From: Nitrospirota bacterium
Lineage (GTDB): Bacteria > Nitrospirota > Thermodesulfovibrionia > Thermodesulfovibrionales > JdFR-85
DNA length: 64,000 nt
Assembly (NCBI GenBank): GCA_035873375.1
Contig: JAYWMQ010000043.1
Coordinates: 67,757 to 131,756 of the forward strand
Direction: 5' to 3'
Both the position numbers and the translations under genes were made by a program. The notes beneath the pieces are model-generated. The model saw nothing but the letters and a program-made list of their open reading frames with translations. It was not told the DNA's origin and searched no databases. Shown here in pieces: positions 46,907 to 55,427 of this stretch (its first letter is position 1; each line of letters starts with the position of its first letter).

Positions 46907-49351
46907 TTATGTTTTTGGCTCTATTCTTACCGCTGTCAGATGGGCTGAGCCCTCCGGGGACGCAAATGTCAGGGAATTCACCCTTGCGTGGGCAAAGTGT
47001 ACAGGGACAAAGAGCATTCCTTCGGGTATCTCGTCAGATATACGTGCCTTTATATATACCGAGTCCCTCCTTGATACTATCCTGATGAACTCACCGTCCT
47101 CAACGCTGAACTTGTCAGCATCCTCAGGGCTTATCTGCACAAAGGCATCGGAAAGTACATGGCTGAGGCTCTTTGACATGACAGAGAGGGCACCTGAGTG
47201 CTGCATGATATTGCCTGTCACCAGGACAATAGGGTGCTCCTCATCAGGTCTCTCCTTGAGTTCCCACTCAGGGCTGGCGAATCTCCATTTCTGGGTCCCG
47301 GTATCAACGGGCATTTTGCTTATCTCTTCCTGGATGGTTTTAAGGTCTATGCTTCCAAGGTCCTCTCCCATAAGCCTTGCAAGGTTGCGCAGTATCATCC
47401 AGTCAGCTATGGAATCCCCTGTGGCTGCAACCACCTTTGGTACAGGCTGGGGCAGACCCTCCGAGTTTATAAATGTTCCTTCCTTCTCTGCCCAGCTTGC
47501 AGCAGGCAGGATTACATCAGCTAATTTTGCCGTCTCTGAAATCCTTATGTCCTGAACTATCAGGAGGTCAAGGCCTTTGATCGTCTCTTCAATACGGTCT
47601 GCATCAGGCATGGTGACAAGCGGGTCTTCACCCATGAGATAGAGGGCCTTGAGTGCTCCGGGTTTGTAAAGCATTTCATATAAATCCTTGCCATTGCTCA
47701 GCGGTCTTACACCCATGAGCCAGGCACCGTAGGTGTTTGAGTAATCAGCCGGTATCTGTAATGCCTCGGGGCCCTCTCCCAGGAGCATGAGGAGATTGGC
47801 CGCAGCCCTTACGGTCTCGATACCCTTCTGATTCTCTGCTGCTGCAACAGTCATGGCCAGGAGGCGGCTTTCCGCCATGGTAAACTCTCTTGCCATTTCT
47901 GTAAATTCCTCTTCTTTTATGCCTGTTATCTCTGATACCTTTTTTGGGGTAAAGTCCTTTACCGCTTCCTGAAGTTCATCAAGACCCTCTGTTGTAATAT
48001 CCTTCTTCAGGTGAATTCCTCCGGCCAGTGCATAGTTGATCAGGCCGTTAAGGAAGGCGGTCGAGGTTCCGGGTCTTATCCTCAACCACGCTGACGCACG
48101 TCTTGCAAGCTTTGTCTGCCTCGGTTCAACAATCAACAGGCGTGAGCCCTCAAGTTTTGCCTCGAGGAACTTGAGTCCGAAGATGGGGTGAGTGGAGGTG
48201 ATGTCTGATTCAAGGACGAGTATGACCTCCTTGCCTATGGGGGAGTCGAGCTTTACAGGGTTCAGTTTTATCCCGTAAGTCTCTTCCATGCCTTTTAGCA
48301 CCCAGGCATAGCCGAGCCTTGCAGAGGTGTCCAGGTTGTCGGTGCCTATCACCTCACGCATGAATTTCTGGAGCATGTAATTGTCTTCAAGTGTGGTCCT
48401 TGGTGAACCGATTGCCCCTATGGCCTCCGGGCCGTGTTTTTCCTTTATTGTCTTCAGCTTTTCTGCAACGTAATAGAGTGCCTCCTCCCAGGAAGCCTCC
48501 CTGAATTCCCCGTCCGTCTTAATCAGTGGTGTCTTCAGCCGTGACTCACCATAAATGAAGTCAAAGCCGAACCTCCCCTTTCCACAGAGGTCACCGTTAT
48601 TTACACCCTTACCCTCAACCCCTCTGACCCTCAAAATCTTTCCTTCCCTGAGGTCAAGGGTGAGAGTACAGCCGACTCCGCAGTAGGGGCATATACTGTC
48701 TCGGCTTTCAAGGAACCACGCCCTTGCCCGGTACTTGTAAGGCTTTGCCCCAAGGGCGCCAACAGGGCAGGTATCAATGCACTGGCCGCAGAATTCACAG
48801 TCAAGGGTCTCTTCAAATGCAGGGCTTATCTTTGTCTTGAACCCACGGCCAATCAGGTTTATTGCCCCAACGCCCTGGTGTTCCCAGCAGACCCTTACGC
48901 AGCGGCCGCAAAGTATACACCTGTTGGGATTACGGTCAATCAGGGGGCTTGTTGCCTCTGGATCGTGTTTCCTCTCACCATAGAACCGGCTCTGTGAAGG
49001 ACCGTATTTATATGCAAGGTCCTGGAGGCTGCACTCACCGGCCTTGTCGCATATCGGGCAGTCAAGTGGGTGGTGTACGAGCAGGAGTTCGAGTACGGTT
49101 TTTCTTGCCTTTTGCAGCGCCGGGGTGTCGGTGTGCACAACCATTCCGTTTTCAGCAGGGGAGGAGCATGATGCCATCAGCTTTCTCTGTCCCTCAACCT
49201 CTACGAGGCAGAGTCTGCACCCCCCGTAGGGCTTCAGCCTTCTGTCCCAGCATAGATGGGGTATGTATATGTTGTTCTCCCTTGCCACATCCAGTATTGT
49301 CACGCCTTTTTTGGCCTGGAGTTTTTTGCCGTTAATCGTCAGTTCTATCAT
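46907..49351 (-). CDS. NuoG/FdhA-like Fe-S molybdopterin-oxidoreductase-family subunit
   Basis: 814 aa. N-terminal 2Fe-2S ferredoxin fold (CRLCLVEV), His-ligated and 4Fe-4S cluster motifs (HHPLDCPICDKAGEC, CILCGRCVRVC, CGQCIDTCP), MopB and C-terminal molybdopterin-binding barrel. The FDH active-site position reads SARLGY rather than ARV(U/C)H. Confidence 0.85.
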   Translation of the reverse strand: MIELTINGKKLQAKKGVTILDVARENNIYIPHLCWDRRLKPYGGCRLCLVEVEGQRKLMASCSSPAENGMVVHTDTPALQKARKTVLELLLVHHPLDCPICDKAGECSLQDLAYKYGPSQSRFYGERKHDPEATSPLIDRNPNRCILCGRCVRVCWEHQGVGAINLIGRGFKTKISPAFEETLDCEFCGQCIDTCPVGALGAKPYKYRARAWFLESRDSICPYCGVGCTLTLDLREGKILRVRGVEGKGVNNGDLCGKGRFGFDFIYGESRLKTPLIKTDGEFREASWEEALYYVAEKLKTIKEKHGPEAIGAIGSPRTTLEDNYMLQKFMREVIGTDNLDTSARLGYAWVLKGMEETYGIKLNPVKLDSPIGKEVILVLESDITSTHPIFGLKFLEAKLEGSRLLIVEPRQTKLARRASAWLRIRPGTSTAFLNGLINYALAGGIHLKKDITTEGLDELQEAVKDFTPKKVSEITGIKEEEFTEMAREFTMAESRLLAMTVAAAENQKGIETVRAAANLLMLLGEGPEALQIPADYSNTYGAWLMGVRPLSNGKDLYEMLYKPGALKALYLMGEDPLVTMPDADRIEETIKGLDLLIVQDIRISETAKLADVILPAASWAEKEGTFINSEGLPQPVPKVVAATGDSIADWMILRNLARLMGEDLGSIDLKTIQEEISKMPVDTGTQKWRFASPEWELKERPDEEHPIVLVTGNIMQHSGALSVMSKSLSHVLSDAFVQISPEDADKFSVEDGEFIRIVSRRDSVYIKARISDEIPEGMLFVPVHFAHARVNSLTFASPEGSAHLTAVRIEPKT

Positions 49352-49404
49352 CTAATCAAGACCTCCTGAGCAAAGTTTTAAATACGGATTCCTAACCTGC
49401 AGCC

Positions 49405-51252
49405 TTATTCCTTACTCTCAACTGTCGTTTGCATTTCCTCCCCCTTAAACATATCTCTTGGTCCTACCTTGACAGCATTAAATTTACACTTTTCATAGCA
49501 GGTCCTGCATTTGATACAGAGGGCCTGGTTTATCAGATAGGGTTTTTTCTTTTCTCCGGTTATCGCATCCTGGGGGCATGCCCTTGCACAGACGCCGCAG
49601 CCTTTACATGCCTTCGCATCTATGTAGAAGGTTGAGAGATCCCTGCAGACCCCTGCCTTACACCATTTCTGATGTATATGTGATTCGTATTCGTCCTTAA
49701 AATACCGTATTGTGGTGAGTACCGGATTTGGCGCCGTCTGACCAAGCCCGCAGAGCGATGTCTTTATAATATCGCCTGCGAGGTCCTCAAGGAGTCCTAT
49801 ATCATCCTCTTGCCCACTGCCTTCCGTAATCTCAATCAGCTTGTCAAGCATTACCCTCGTCCCTATCCTGCAGGGAGAACATTTGCCGCATGACTCATCT
49901 GCGGTAAACTCAAGGAAGAATTTTGCCACGTTTACCATGCAGTTGTAGTCATCCATTACAACCATTCCACCGGACCCGACAATGGCTCCTGTCTTGACTA
50001 TATCCTCATAGGTTACAGGTGTATCAAGGAGGTGTTCAGGGACACAGCCGCCTGATGGTCCCCCGAGCTGTACTGCCTTGAATTTCCTGCCCTTCTTTAT
50101 TCCACCGCCTATATCGAATATTATTCTCCTCAAAGGGGTGCCCATCGGCACCTCGATCAGTCCGATATTGTTAACCGCCCCTGTAAGCGCAAAGACCTTT
50201 GTCCCGGTTGATTTTTCCGTGCCGAGATTGCGGAACCATCCACCACCGTTAAGGACGATCTGCGGGATATTTGCATAGGTCTCAACATTGTTAAGCACAG
50301 TCGGCTTACCCCACAGGCCCTGATTTACCGGAAAGGGAGGTCTGGGTATGGGCATGCCCCTCTTGCCTTCAAGGGAGCGCATAAGGGCTGTCTCCTCACC
50401 ACACACAAAGGCCCCGGCTCCCTCGTATATCTCTATGTCAAGGCTGAAGTCGGAGTTTAAAATATTGTTACCCAAAAGCCCAAGCTCATTTGCCTGGTCT
50501 ATGGCAAGCTGCAGCCTCTTGACAGCAAGTGGATACTCTGCCCTGACATAAATATAACCCTTTGTTGCCCCGATGGCCTTTGCCGCTACTATCATCCCCT
50601 CAAGCACAACATGCGGGTCGGCCTCCATGATACTGCGGTCCATAAATGCTCCGGGGTCGCCCTCGTCACCATTACAGAGTATGTACTTCTGATCTCCCCT
50701 GGCCATGGAACATAGTTCCCACTTGAGTCCTGTTGGAAAACCTGCGCCGCCGCGTCCCCTGAGGCCTGAATCTTTCAGCTCCTTTATTATCTGCTCCGGT
50801 GTCATCTCCGTCAGGGCCTTTGCAGCCGCCATATATCCATCCCTTGCAATATAGTCTTCGATGTTTTCGGGATCAATAAGGCCCTTGTTTCTGAGGGCCC
50901 TCAATACCTGATACTTGAAGAAGGGTATTTCATTCATGGAAGGGACGGTTGTCTTTTTCAGGGGCTCATGGTACATGAATTTTTCAACAGGCCTGCCTTT
51001 AAGGAAATGCTCTTCTACTAAATAAGGTATATCTTCGGGCTTGAGCTTTTCATAAAAAATCTCGTCGGGGTGTACTATAAGGATCGGCCCCTGTGCACAG
51101 AAGCCGTTACAGCCTGTGAGTGTTATTGATATTTCATCTTCCATCTTCCTCTTCTTGAGTTCCTCAATCAGGGCATCCCTGACCTTCAGGCTTCCGGTTG
51201 CTATACATCCCGTTCCTCCGCACAACATCACGTTTACCCTGTATCTTTCCAT
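49405..51252 (-). CDS. NuoF/HndC-like NAD(P)H-FMN subunit with N-terminal thioredoxin-like 2Fe-2S and C-terminal 2x[4Fe-4S]
   Basis: 615 aa. GRGGAGFPTGLKW, GAGAFVCGEETAL, SCGKCSPCR, CKGCGVCARACP, CIKCRTCYEKC. Confidence 0.9.
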   Translation of the reverse strand: MERYRVNVMLCGGTGCIATGSLKVRDALIEELKKRKMEDEISITLTGCNGFCAQGPILIVHPDEIFYEKLKPEDIPYLVEEHFLKGRPVEKFMYHEPLKKTTVPSMNEIPFFKYQVLRALRNKGLIDPENIEDYIARDGYMAAAKALTEMTPEQIIKELKDSGLRGRGGAGFPTGLKWELCSMARGDQKYILCNGDEGDPGAFMDRSIMEADPHVVLEGMIVAAKAIGATKGYIYVRAEYPLAVKRLQLAIDQANELGLLGNNILNSDFSLDIEIYEGAGAFVCGEETALMRSLEGKRGMPIPRPPFPVNQGLWGKPTVLNNVETYANIPQIVLNGGGWFRNLGTEKSTGTKVFALTGAVNNIGLIEVPMGTPLRRIIFDIGGGIKKGRKFKAVQLGGPSGGCVPEHLLDTPVTYEDIVKTGAIVGSGGMVVMDDYNCMVNVAKFFLEFTADESCGKCSPCRIGTRVMLDKLIEITEGSGQEDDIGLLEDLAGDIIKTSLCGLGQTAPNPVLTTIRYFKDEYESHIHQKWCKAGVCRDLSTFYIDAKACKGCGVCARACPQDAITGEKKKPYLINQALCIKCRTCYEKCKFNAVKVGPRDMFKGEEMQTTVESKE

Positions 51253-51280
51253 CTATGGTACCTCCGTCTCCATTATCGTT

Positions 51281-51301
51281 ATACGAAATACGAAAAATAC
51301 T
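51281..51301. repeat. Heptamer array (ATACGAA-like x3) in an intergenic spacer
   Basis: atacgaa atacgaa aaatact, between the HndB-like and NuoF-like genes. Confidence 0.6.
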
Positions 51302-51309
51302 GCAAAAAA

Positions 51310-51693
51310 CTAATAGGATGTCTCGCATCCCCTTACGAGAGCCAGGTCTTCCACGACCTTTCCTCCGAGGATATGTTCAGTAACTATCTTTCTTGTCTTC
51401 TCTTCATTGAGGTCACAGTATTTTACAGGAGGTTCATCCAGAATCTGAACCGTGATCATCGGTTCACGGCTGCAAAGCCCTGCACAGCCGGAGGTGTTTA
51501 CAGCCACATCTGTGGCCCCGCTCTTCTCTAACTCTTCAAGTATAACGTTCATTATCTCTCTTGCCCCTGCTGCAAGACCGCAGGTGCCCATATGAACTGT
51601 AACCCTTGCCCTGAAAGCCCCTTCCCTGAGGGCTGTTTTTGCCTTGTATTCTTCTTTAATCTTTTTTAGATCTTCTACCGTAAGTTTTGCCAT
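51310..51693 (-). CDS. HndB-like thioredoxin-fold (2Fe-2S) ferredoxin
   Basis: 127 aa. HMGTCGLAAGA ... TSGCAGLCSREP. Confidence 0.75.
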   Translation of the reverse strand: MAKLTVEDLKKIKEEYKAKTALREGAFRARVTVHMGTCGLAAGAREIMNVILEELEKSGATDVAVNTSGCAGLCSREPMITVQILDEPPVKYCDLNEEKTRKIVTEHILGGKVVEDLALVRGCETSY

Positions 51694-51861
51694 TGTGCGG
51701 CCTCCTTTTTGATCATTAAGCTAAAGGATGAAGGTCTTTCTCACGACACCCTCTCTATCTGTCATTCCGGCAGTTCTTAAGCCGGAATCCAGTGTTTTCA
51801 ATGCTTTCCGGATACCGGATCAAGTCCGGCATGACGACAAAAAGACATTTATACACAGACA

Positions 51862-52725
51862 CTAATTATATTGTTTTATTGTCTCAGCTACCTTGACAGG
51901 GTCAACACTCCCATATATGTCGTGGTCGACAACCACAACAGGAGCGAGTCCGCAGGCACCGAGACACCGTATAGTCTCAAGGGAGAACTTTTTGTCTTCC
52001 GTGATCCCCCCCTCGTCAATCCCGAGGTATTCCTTTACTTTCTCAAGTATCTCAGCGGCCCTTTTCACATAACAGGCGGTGCCGAGACAGACCCTTACGT
52101 TGTGTTTTCCTTTGGGTTTCATGGTAAATAATGAATAGAAAGAGACGACCGCATGCACCTCGCTGACGGGGAGGTTGAGTTCTTTAGCTATGATACGCTG
52201 TACAGCAGGGGGCAGATATCCGAGTACCCCCTGTACCTTTTGCAGGACAGGGATTAACGCCCCGGGTTTGGTTTTGTACTTCTCTATAACCTCCATTATG
52301 TCCTTCAGTTTTGTCTCTATATCTTCTTCCGCCTCAGACCTTTCTTTTCCCGAAGTTGCCTTTACGGTAGCGATGGCCTTTTCAGTTACATTAATCAGAA
52401 GCTGGGGAGAGAAGGGCTTTGGCAGATAATCTATGATACCGAGCTCAAGGGCGTCTTTTATGCTTTCCTGGGAGGGATAACCTGTGATAACGACTATACC
52501 CGTTCCAGGGCTGGTCTTCCTTATCCAGCGTATTAACTCTATTCCGTCTACCTCGGGCATCTTGAGGTCGGTAATAACGAGGTCAAAGTCCCCGTTTTTT
52601 ATCATATCCATGGCCTCGCTGGCCCTAGTGGCACCCTGGACACTGTATCCCTCCGGAGCGAGTATCCTCTCGCAGCTTTTTATAACAACCGTCTCATCGT
52701 CTACTACCAAGACACTCCCCGCCAT
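51862..52725 (-). CDS. Fusion of a CheY-like receiver domain with a NuoE/HndA-type 2Fe-2S subunit
   Basis: 287 aa. REC: VVDDE, ITDLKMP (phospho-acceptor Asp), VVITGY, LPKPF. NuoE: LIPVLQKVQ...VSFYSLF...VRVCLGTAC...IRCLGACGLAP, with all four cluster Cys. Confidence 0.85.
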   Translation of the reverse strand: MAGSVLVVDDETVVIKSCERILAPEGYSVQGATRASEAMDMIKNGDFDLVITDLKMPEVDGIELIRWIRKTSPGTGIVVITGYPSQESIKDALELGIIDYLPKPFSPQLLINVTEKAIATVKATSGKERSEAEEDIETKLKDIMEVIEKYKTKPGALIPVLQKVQGVLGYLPPAVQRIIAKELNLPVSEVHAVVSFYSLFTMKPKGKHNVRVCLGTACYVKRAAEILEKVKEYLGIDEGGITEDKKFSLETIRCLGACGLAPVVVVDHDIYGSVDPVKVAETIKQYN

Positions 52726-52825
52726 AGAATAACCTCCATAATATAATTTTTATCGAGTTAATGAATTTGTTCACCTGCTTTGCATAATCCTGACAGGATA
52801 ATCAAAGCAAGGCAAAATCATCAGT

Positions 52826-53587
52826 TTACATTTCCAGTGGTATCACCTTTGCAAGCCATACAAGCCATCCCTCCGAGAGGTGTTCCTTGAGAAGGGAACA
52901 GATGATGTCATTGGCCTTCCCGTTGGTCTCTTTTATCTCTGCGGTCATTGGTGAGGCTATATCCACAATCTTTCCCGAGCCGGTAAGCAGCCTGGCAAAT
53001 GGTTCTCCTGCCTTCACCTTGTCTACCTTCAGGTAATCGACATAAAGCATCTCTCCTGCGGCCATCTCGTATCTCAGGTCATAGCCTATCTCCCAGAGTC
53101 CTGTCTTTGTCGGCCTTGCCCATACACCTTCCTTATAAAATATTACGGGATTTTCCTTGTCCCGCAGAGGCACCAGGTAATCCCGGAACTCATCTATATA
53201 AGCCTGTCTCAGGATCCATCCCCTCTTGTCAAATACCTTCCTGGCAACATTTAACATGAAATCAGGAGTGAAAGGTTTTTCAATATACTCAAAGGCCCCA
53301 AGCCTTATGGATTCCTTTGCATCTTCCAGTGTGGGGTATCCGGTAATAACAACAATATCGGTATCTGGCTGAATGACTCGTGCCTCACGCAGGACCTCAA
53401 TCCCTGATATGTCCGGCAGGCGTATATCGGTAATCAGGATGTCGTATTCCTCCTTCTCAAGCTGTCTCAGTGCATCCTCACCCTTGCCCACTGCAGTGAT
53501 ATTGTAACCCTCCGCCCCGAGTATCCTCTTGCAGCTAAGCGTCACAACAGGATCGTCATCAAGTACAAGTATCTTTCCTTTATCCAT
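52826..53587 (-). CDS. Fusion of a CheY-like receiver domain with a glycine-cleavage-H-like (lipoyl-fold) domain
   Basis: 253 aa. REC: VLDDDP, ITDIRLP, VVITGY, IEKPF. C-terminus: GVWARPTKTGLWEIGYDLRY..MLYVDYLKVDKVKAGEPFARLLTGSGKIVDIASPMTAEIKETN...EGWLVWL parallels the GcvH pattern. Confidence 0.7.
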   Translation of the reverse strand: MDKGKILVLDDDPVVTLSCKRILGAEGYNITAVGKGEDALRQLEKEEYDILITDIRLPDISGIEVLREARVIQPDTDIVVITGYPTLEDAKESIRLGAFEYIEKPFTPDFMLNVARKVFDKRGWILRQAYIDEFRDYLVPLRDKENPVIFYKEGVWARPTKTGLWEIGYDLRYEMAAGEMLYVDYLKVDKVKAGEPFARLLTGSGKIVDIASPMTAEIKETNGKANDIICSLLKEHLSEGWLVWLAKVIPLEM

Positions 53588-53618
53588 GGTTACCTCCTTT
53601 CATTACAAGACAGGTTAT

Positions 53619-53634
53619 AGCAATTCCCTTGCCA
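53619..53634 (-). promoter_or_regulatory. Sigma-54 (-24/-12) promoter of the REC/Nuo-like operon
   Basis: The minus strand reads TGGCAAGGGAATTGCT with exact consensus spacing, about 33 nt upstream of ATG 53587, with GGAGG between. Confidence 0.6.
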
Positions 53635-53724
53635 GTCTTCAGGCGAGTGTGGACGGCTGATGAAACAGCTGAAAAATAAGGAAATTTTTTTTTGACTCCC
53701 CTTTCTAACCATAATATATCACGA

Positions 53725-53774
53725 TTCAGTGTATAGAAAATATATACTCTTACCATTATATATCATACACTGAA
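53725..53774. promoter_or_regulatory. 10-bp perfect inverted repeat, candidate enhancer (UAS) for the sigma-54 promoter
   Basis: TTCAGTGTAT-N30-ATACACTGAA, located 90-155 nt upstream of the -24/-12 element on the minus strand. Confidence 0.35.
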
Positions 53775-54145
53775 ATTCGTCCATCCCTCACTGAACGGAG
53801 GATTTGTTTTAAAGGTATTGACCATGGTTGATAATGCTTCTGAATAAGTCTCTTCACATGTCTTAACTGTAGACCCTGCGTATTATCGAGGATAAGACAA
53901 AATCCGGTTTATTCTTGAGACACCAAACAGAAATCATCCGGAAACAGCATATGGGATAAACCGCAGGTGCAACGGGCATTTCAAGGCTACAGGACCATAG
54001 CCGGTAGAACTCAAATGTAGAGTTGAATCTTGAAAAGTGTTCCGGGGTTTGCAGTGTTGAAAATTTTTTATCTTTTGTGCTAATCTTTATATATGCTTGT
54101 AAGAAGTAAATCCCTATCATTTACCATTCAATTAAAGGGCACATC

Positions 54146-55219
54146 ATGAAAACCGACAGCGGCTTTAAACTAAAAAACTTTGCCAGAACATTGAATGCAG
54201 CAATCCAGTTCAACCTTTTCAATAAAAGGAATCTGATCAAGGTTGGACACAGGATAACCCACAAGTGTAACTACAAGTGTTCCTACTGTTCAGTCTGGAA
54301 TGACAAGACTGAGGAACTGAATACCGATCAGATTCTGAAACTCGTTGATGAAGTAGCTGAAGCGGGTTGTGTGGCCTATGCCGTAACCGGAGGTGAGCCC
54401 CTTGTAAGAAAAGACCTTCCGCAAATCCTGAAGCGGATAAAGGAGAGGGGTATGGTAGCCAAACTTGTCACAAACGGTTCTCTTGTATCAAAGAGAATTG
54501 ACGAGATAGCGGATCACGTGGACGTTTTGACTTTCTCGTTTGACACCACAAACCCGAACGTTCCTGAAGACATGGGAATAATAAAGGTTCTGAATGATAC
54601 CGTGATAGAGGGGATAAAGGCAGCCGTGGGGAGGATTCCGCACGTTGGATTTAATACAATTCTGACAAGGATTACATATGATGAACTTGACGACATAGTG
54701 GAAATCGCTACAAGGCTGGGGATAAAATCGCTTACGTTCTCTCCTTTGCTGACACATTTTGATTACAGGAGTCCGGAGGAGTACTCCAGGCGCTACGGTG
54801 AGGTGTACGGCAGTATCGAGCATTACAGGAAGACGATAACAAAACTGAGGGAGTTGCGGGATAAGGGTTATCCGGTGATGATGAGCGATCTGCTGCTTGA
54901 TGCAATGTACACGTTTAAAGTGCCAAAGATGAAGTGTATAGCGATTTATCTGCAGTGCAGCATATCCCCGGATGGAAGACTGGGGCCATGCTTCGAGTTT
55001 TCCAGGGAGCTCACTGATTCTTACAAGAATAAAAATTTCAAGGAACTTTGGGAAGAGCTTGGGAGTTACAAAGCCTTTTCAGATAACTGCAAGGGATGCC
55101 TATTACACTGTTACTTCGAGCCAAGCGCAATATTTTCAGGTAAACCCAAGGCAATTTTTTCACGCGGTTCGTACAGAACAAGGTATTTAAATGCCCTTTT
55201 CAACCGGAAAGAATCCTGA
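54146..55219 (+). CDS. Radical SAM protein with a SPASM/twitch-like Cys-rich C-terminus
   Basis: 357 aa. CNYKCSYCSVW (Cx3Cx2C), GGEPLV; C-terminal C...CSISPDGRLGPC and CKGCLLHC. Confidence 0.85.
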   Translation: MKTDSGFKLKNFARTLNAAIQFNLFNKRNLIKVGHRITHKCNYKCSYCSVWNDKTEELNTDQILKLVDEVAEAGCVAYAVTGGEPLVRKDLPQILKRIKERGMVAKLVTNGSLVSKRIDEIADHVDVLTFSFDTTNPNVPEDMGIIKVLNDTVIEGIKAAVGRIPHVGFNTILTRITYDELDDIVEIATRLGIKSLTFSPLLTHFDYRSPEEYSRRYGEVYGSIEHYRKTITKLRELRDKGYPVMMSDLLLDAMYTFKVPKMKCIAIYLQCSISPDGRLGPCFEFSRELTDSYKNKNFKELWEELGSYKAFSDNCKGCLLHCYFEPSAIFSGKPKAIFSRGSYRTRYLNALFNRKES

Positions 55220-55267
55220 AAAAAACGAGAACTCTGAACCCGGTTGTCACTGGAGCCGGGGCTATGT

Positions 55268-55347
55268 CTGTATTTCGCAGTCTACCATAATCGCAGAGGA
55301 GCTAAGCCGTATATGTTTTTCACAAGCTTCATGTGTTTGAGATGAAC
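55268..55347 (-). pseudogene. Decayed copy of the 3' end of the Dabb gene
   Basis: About 80-85% nucleotide identity to 57551-57631. The minus-strand translation ...PVHLKHMKLVKNIYGL compares with LVHPKHMEVVKNIRRL in the intact gene, but the copy is frame-disrupted and lacks the 5' part. Confidence 0.6.
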
Positions 55348-55427
55348 CGGAAAAGTAATTGCCGTATCCGGTCCCTTTTCTTTAATTTAAACGTAAATTT
55401 AAACGTAATTATTTTTTTATCTACACT

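Noticed and set aside
53863-54120. 85-aa minus-strand ORF in the long divergent intergenic region
   Set aside because: No RBS and no motifs. It lies in an AT-rich control region and is most likely spurious, although a small protein cannot be excluded.
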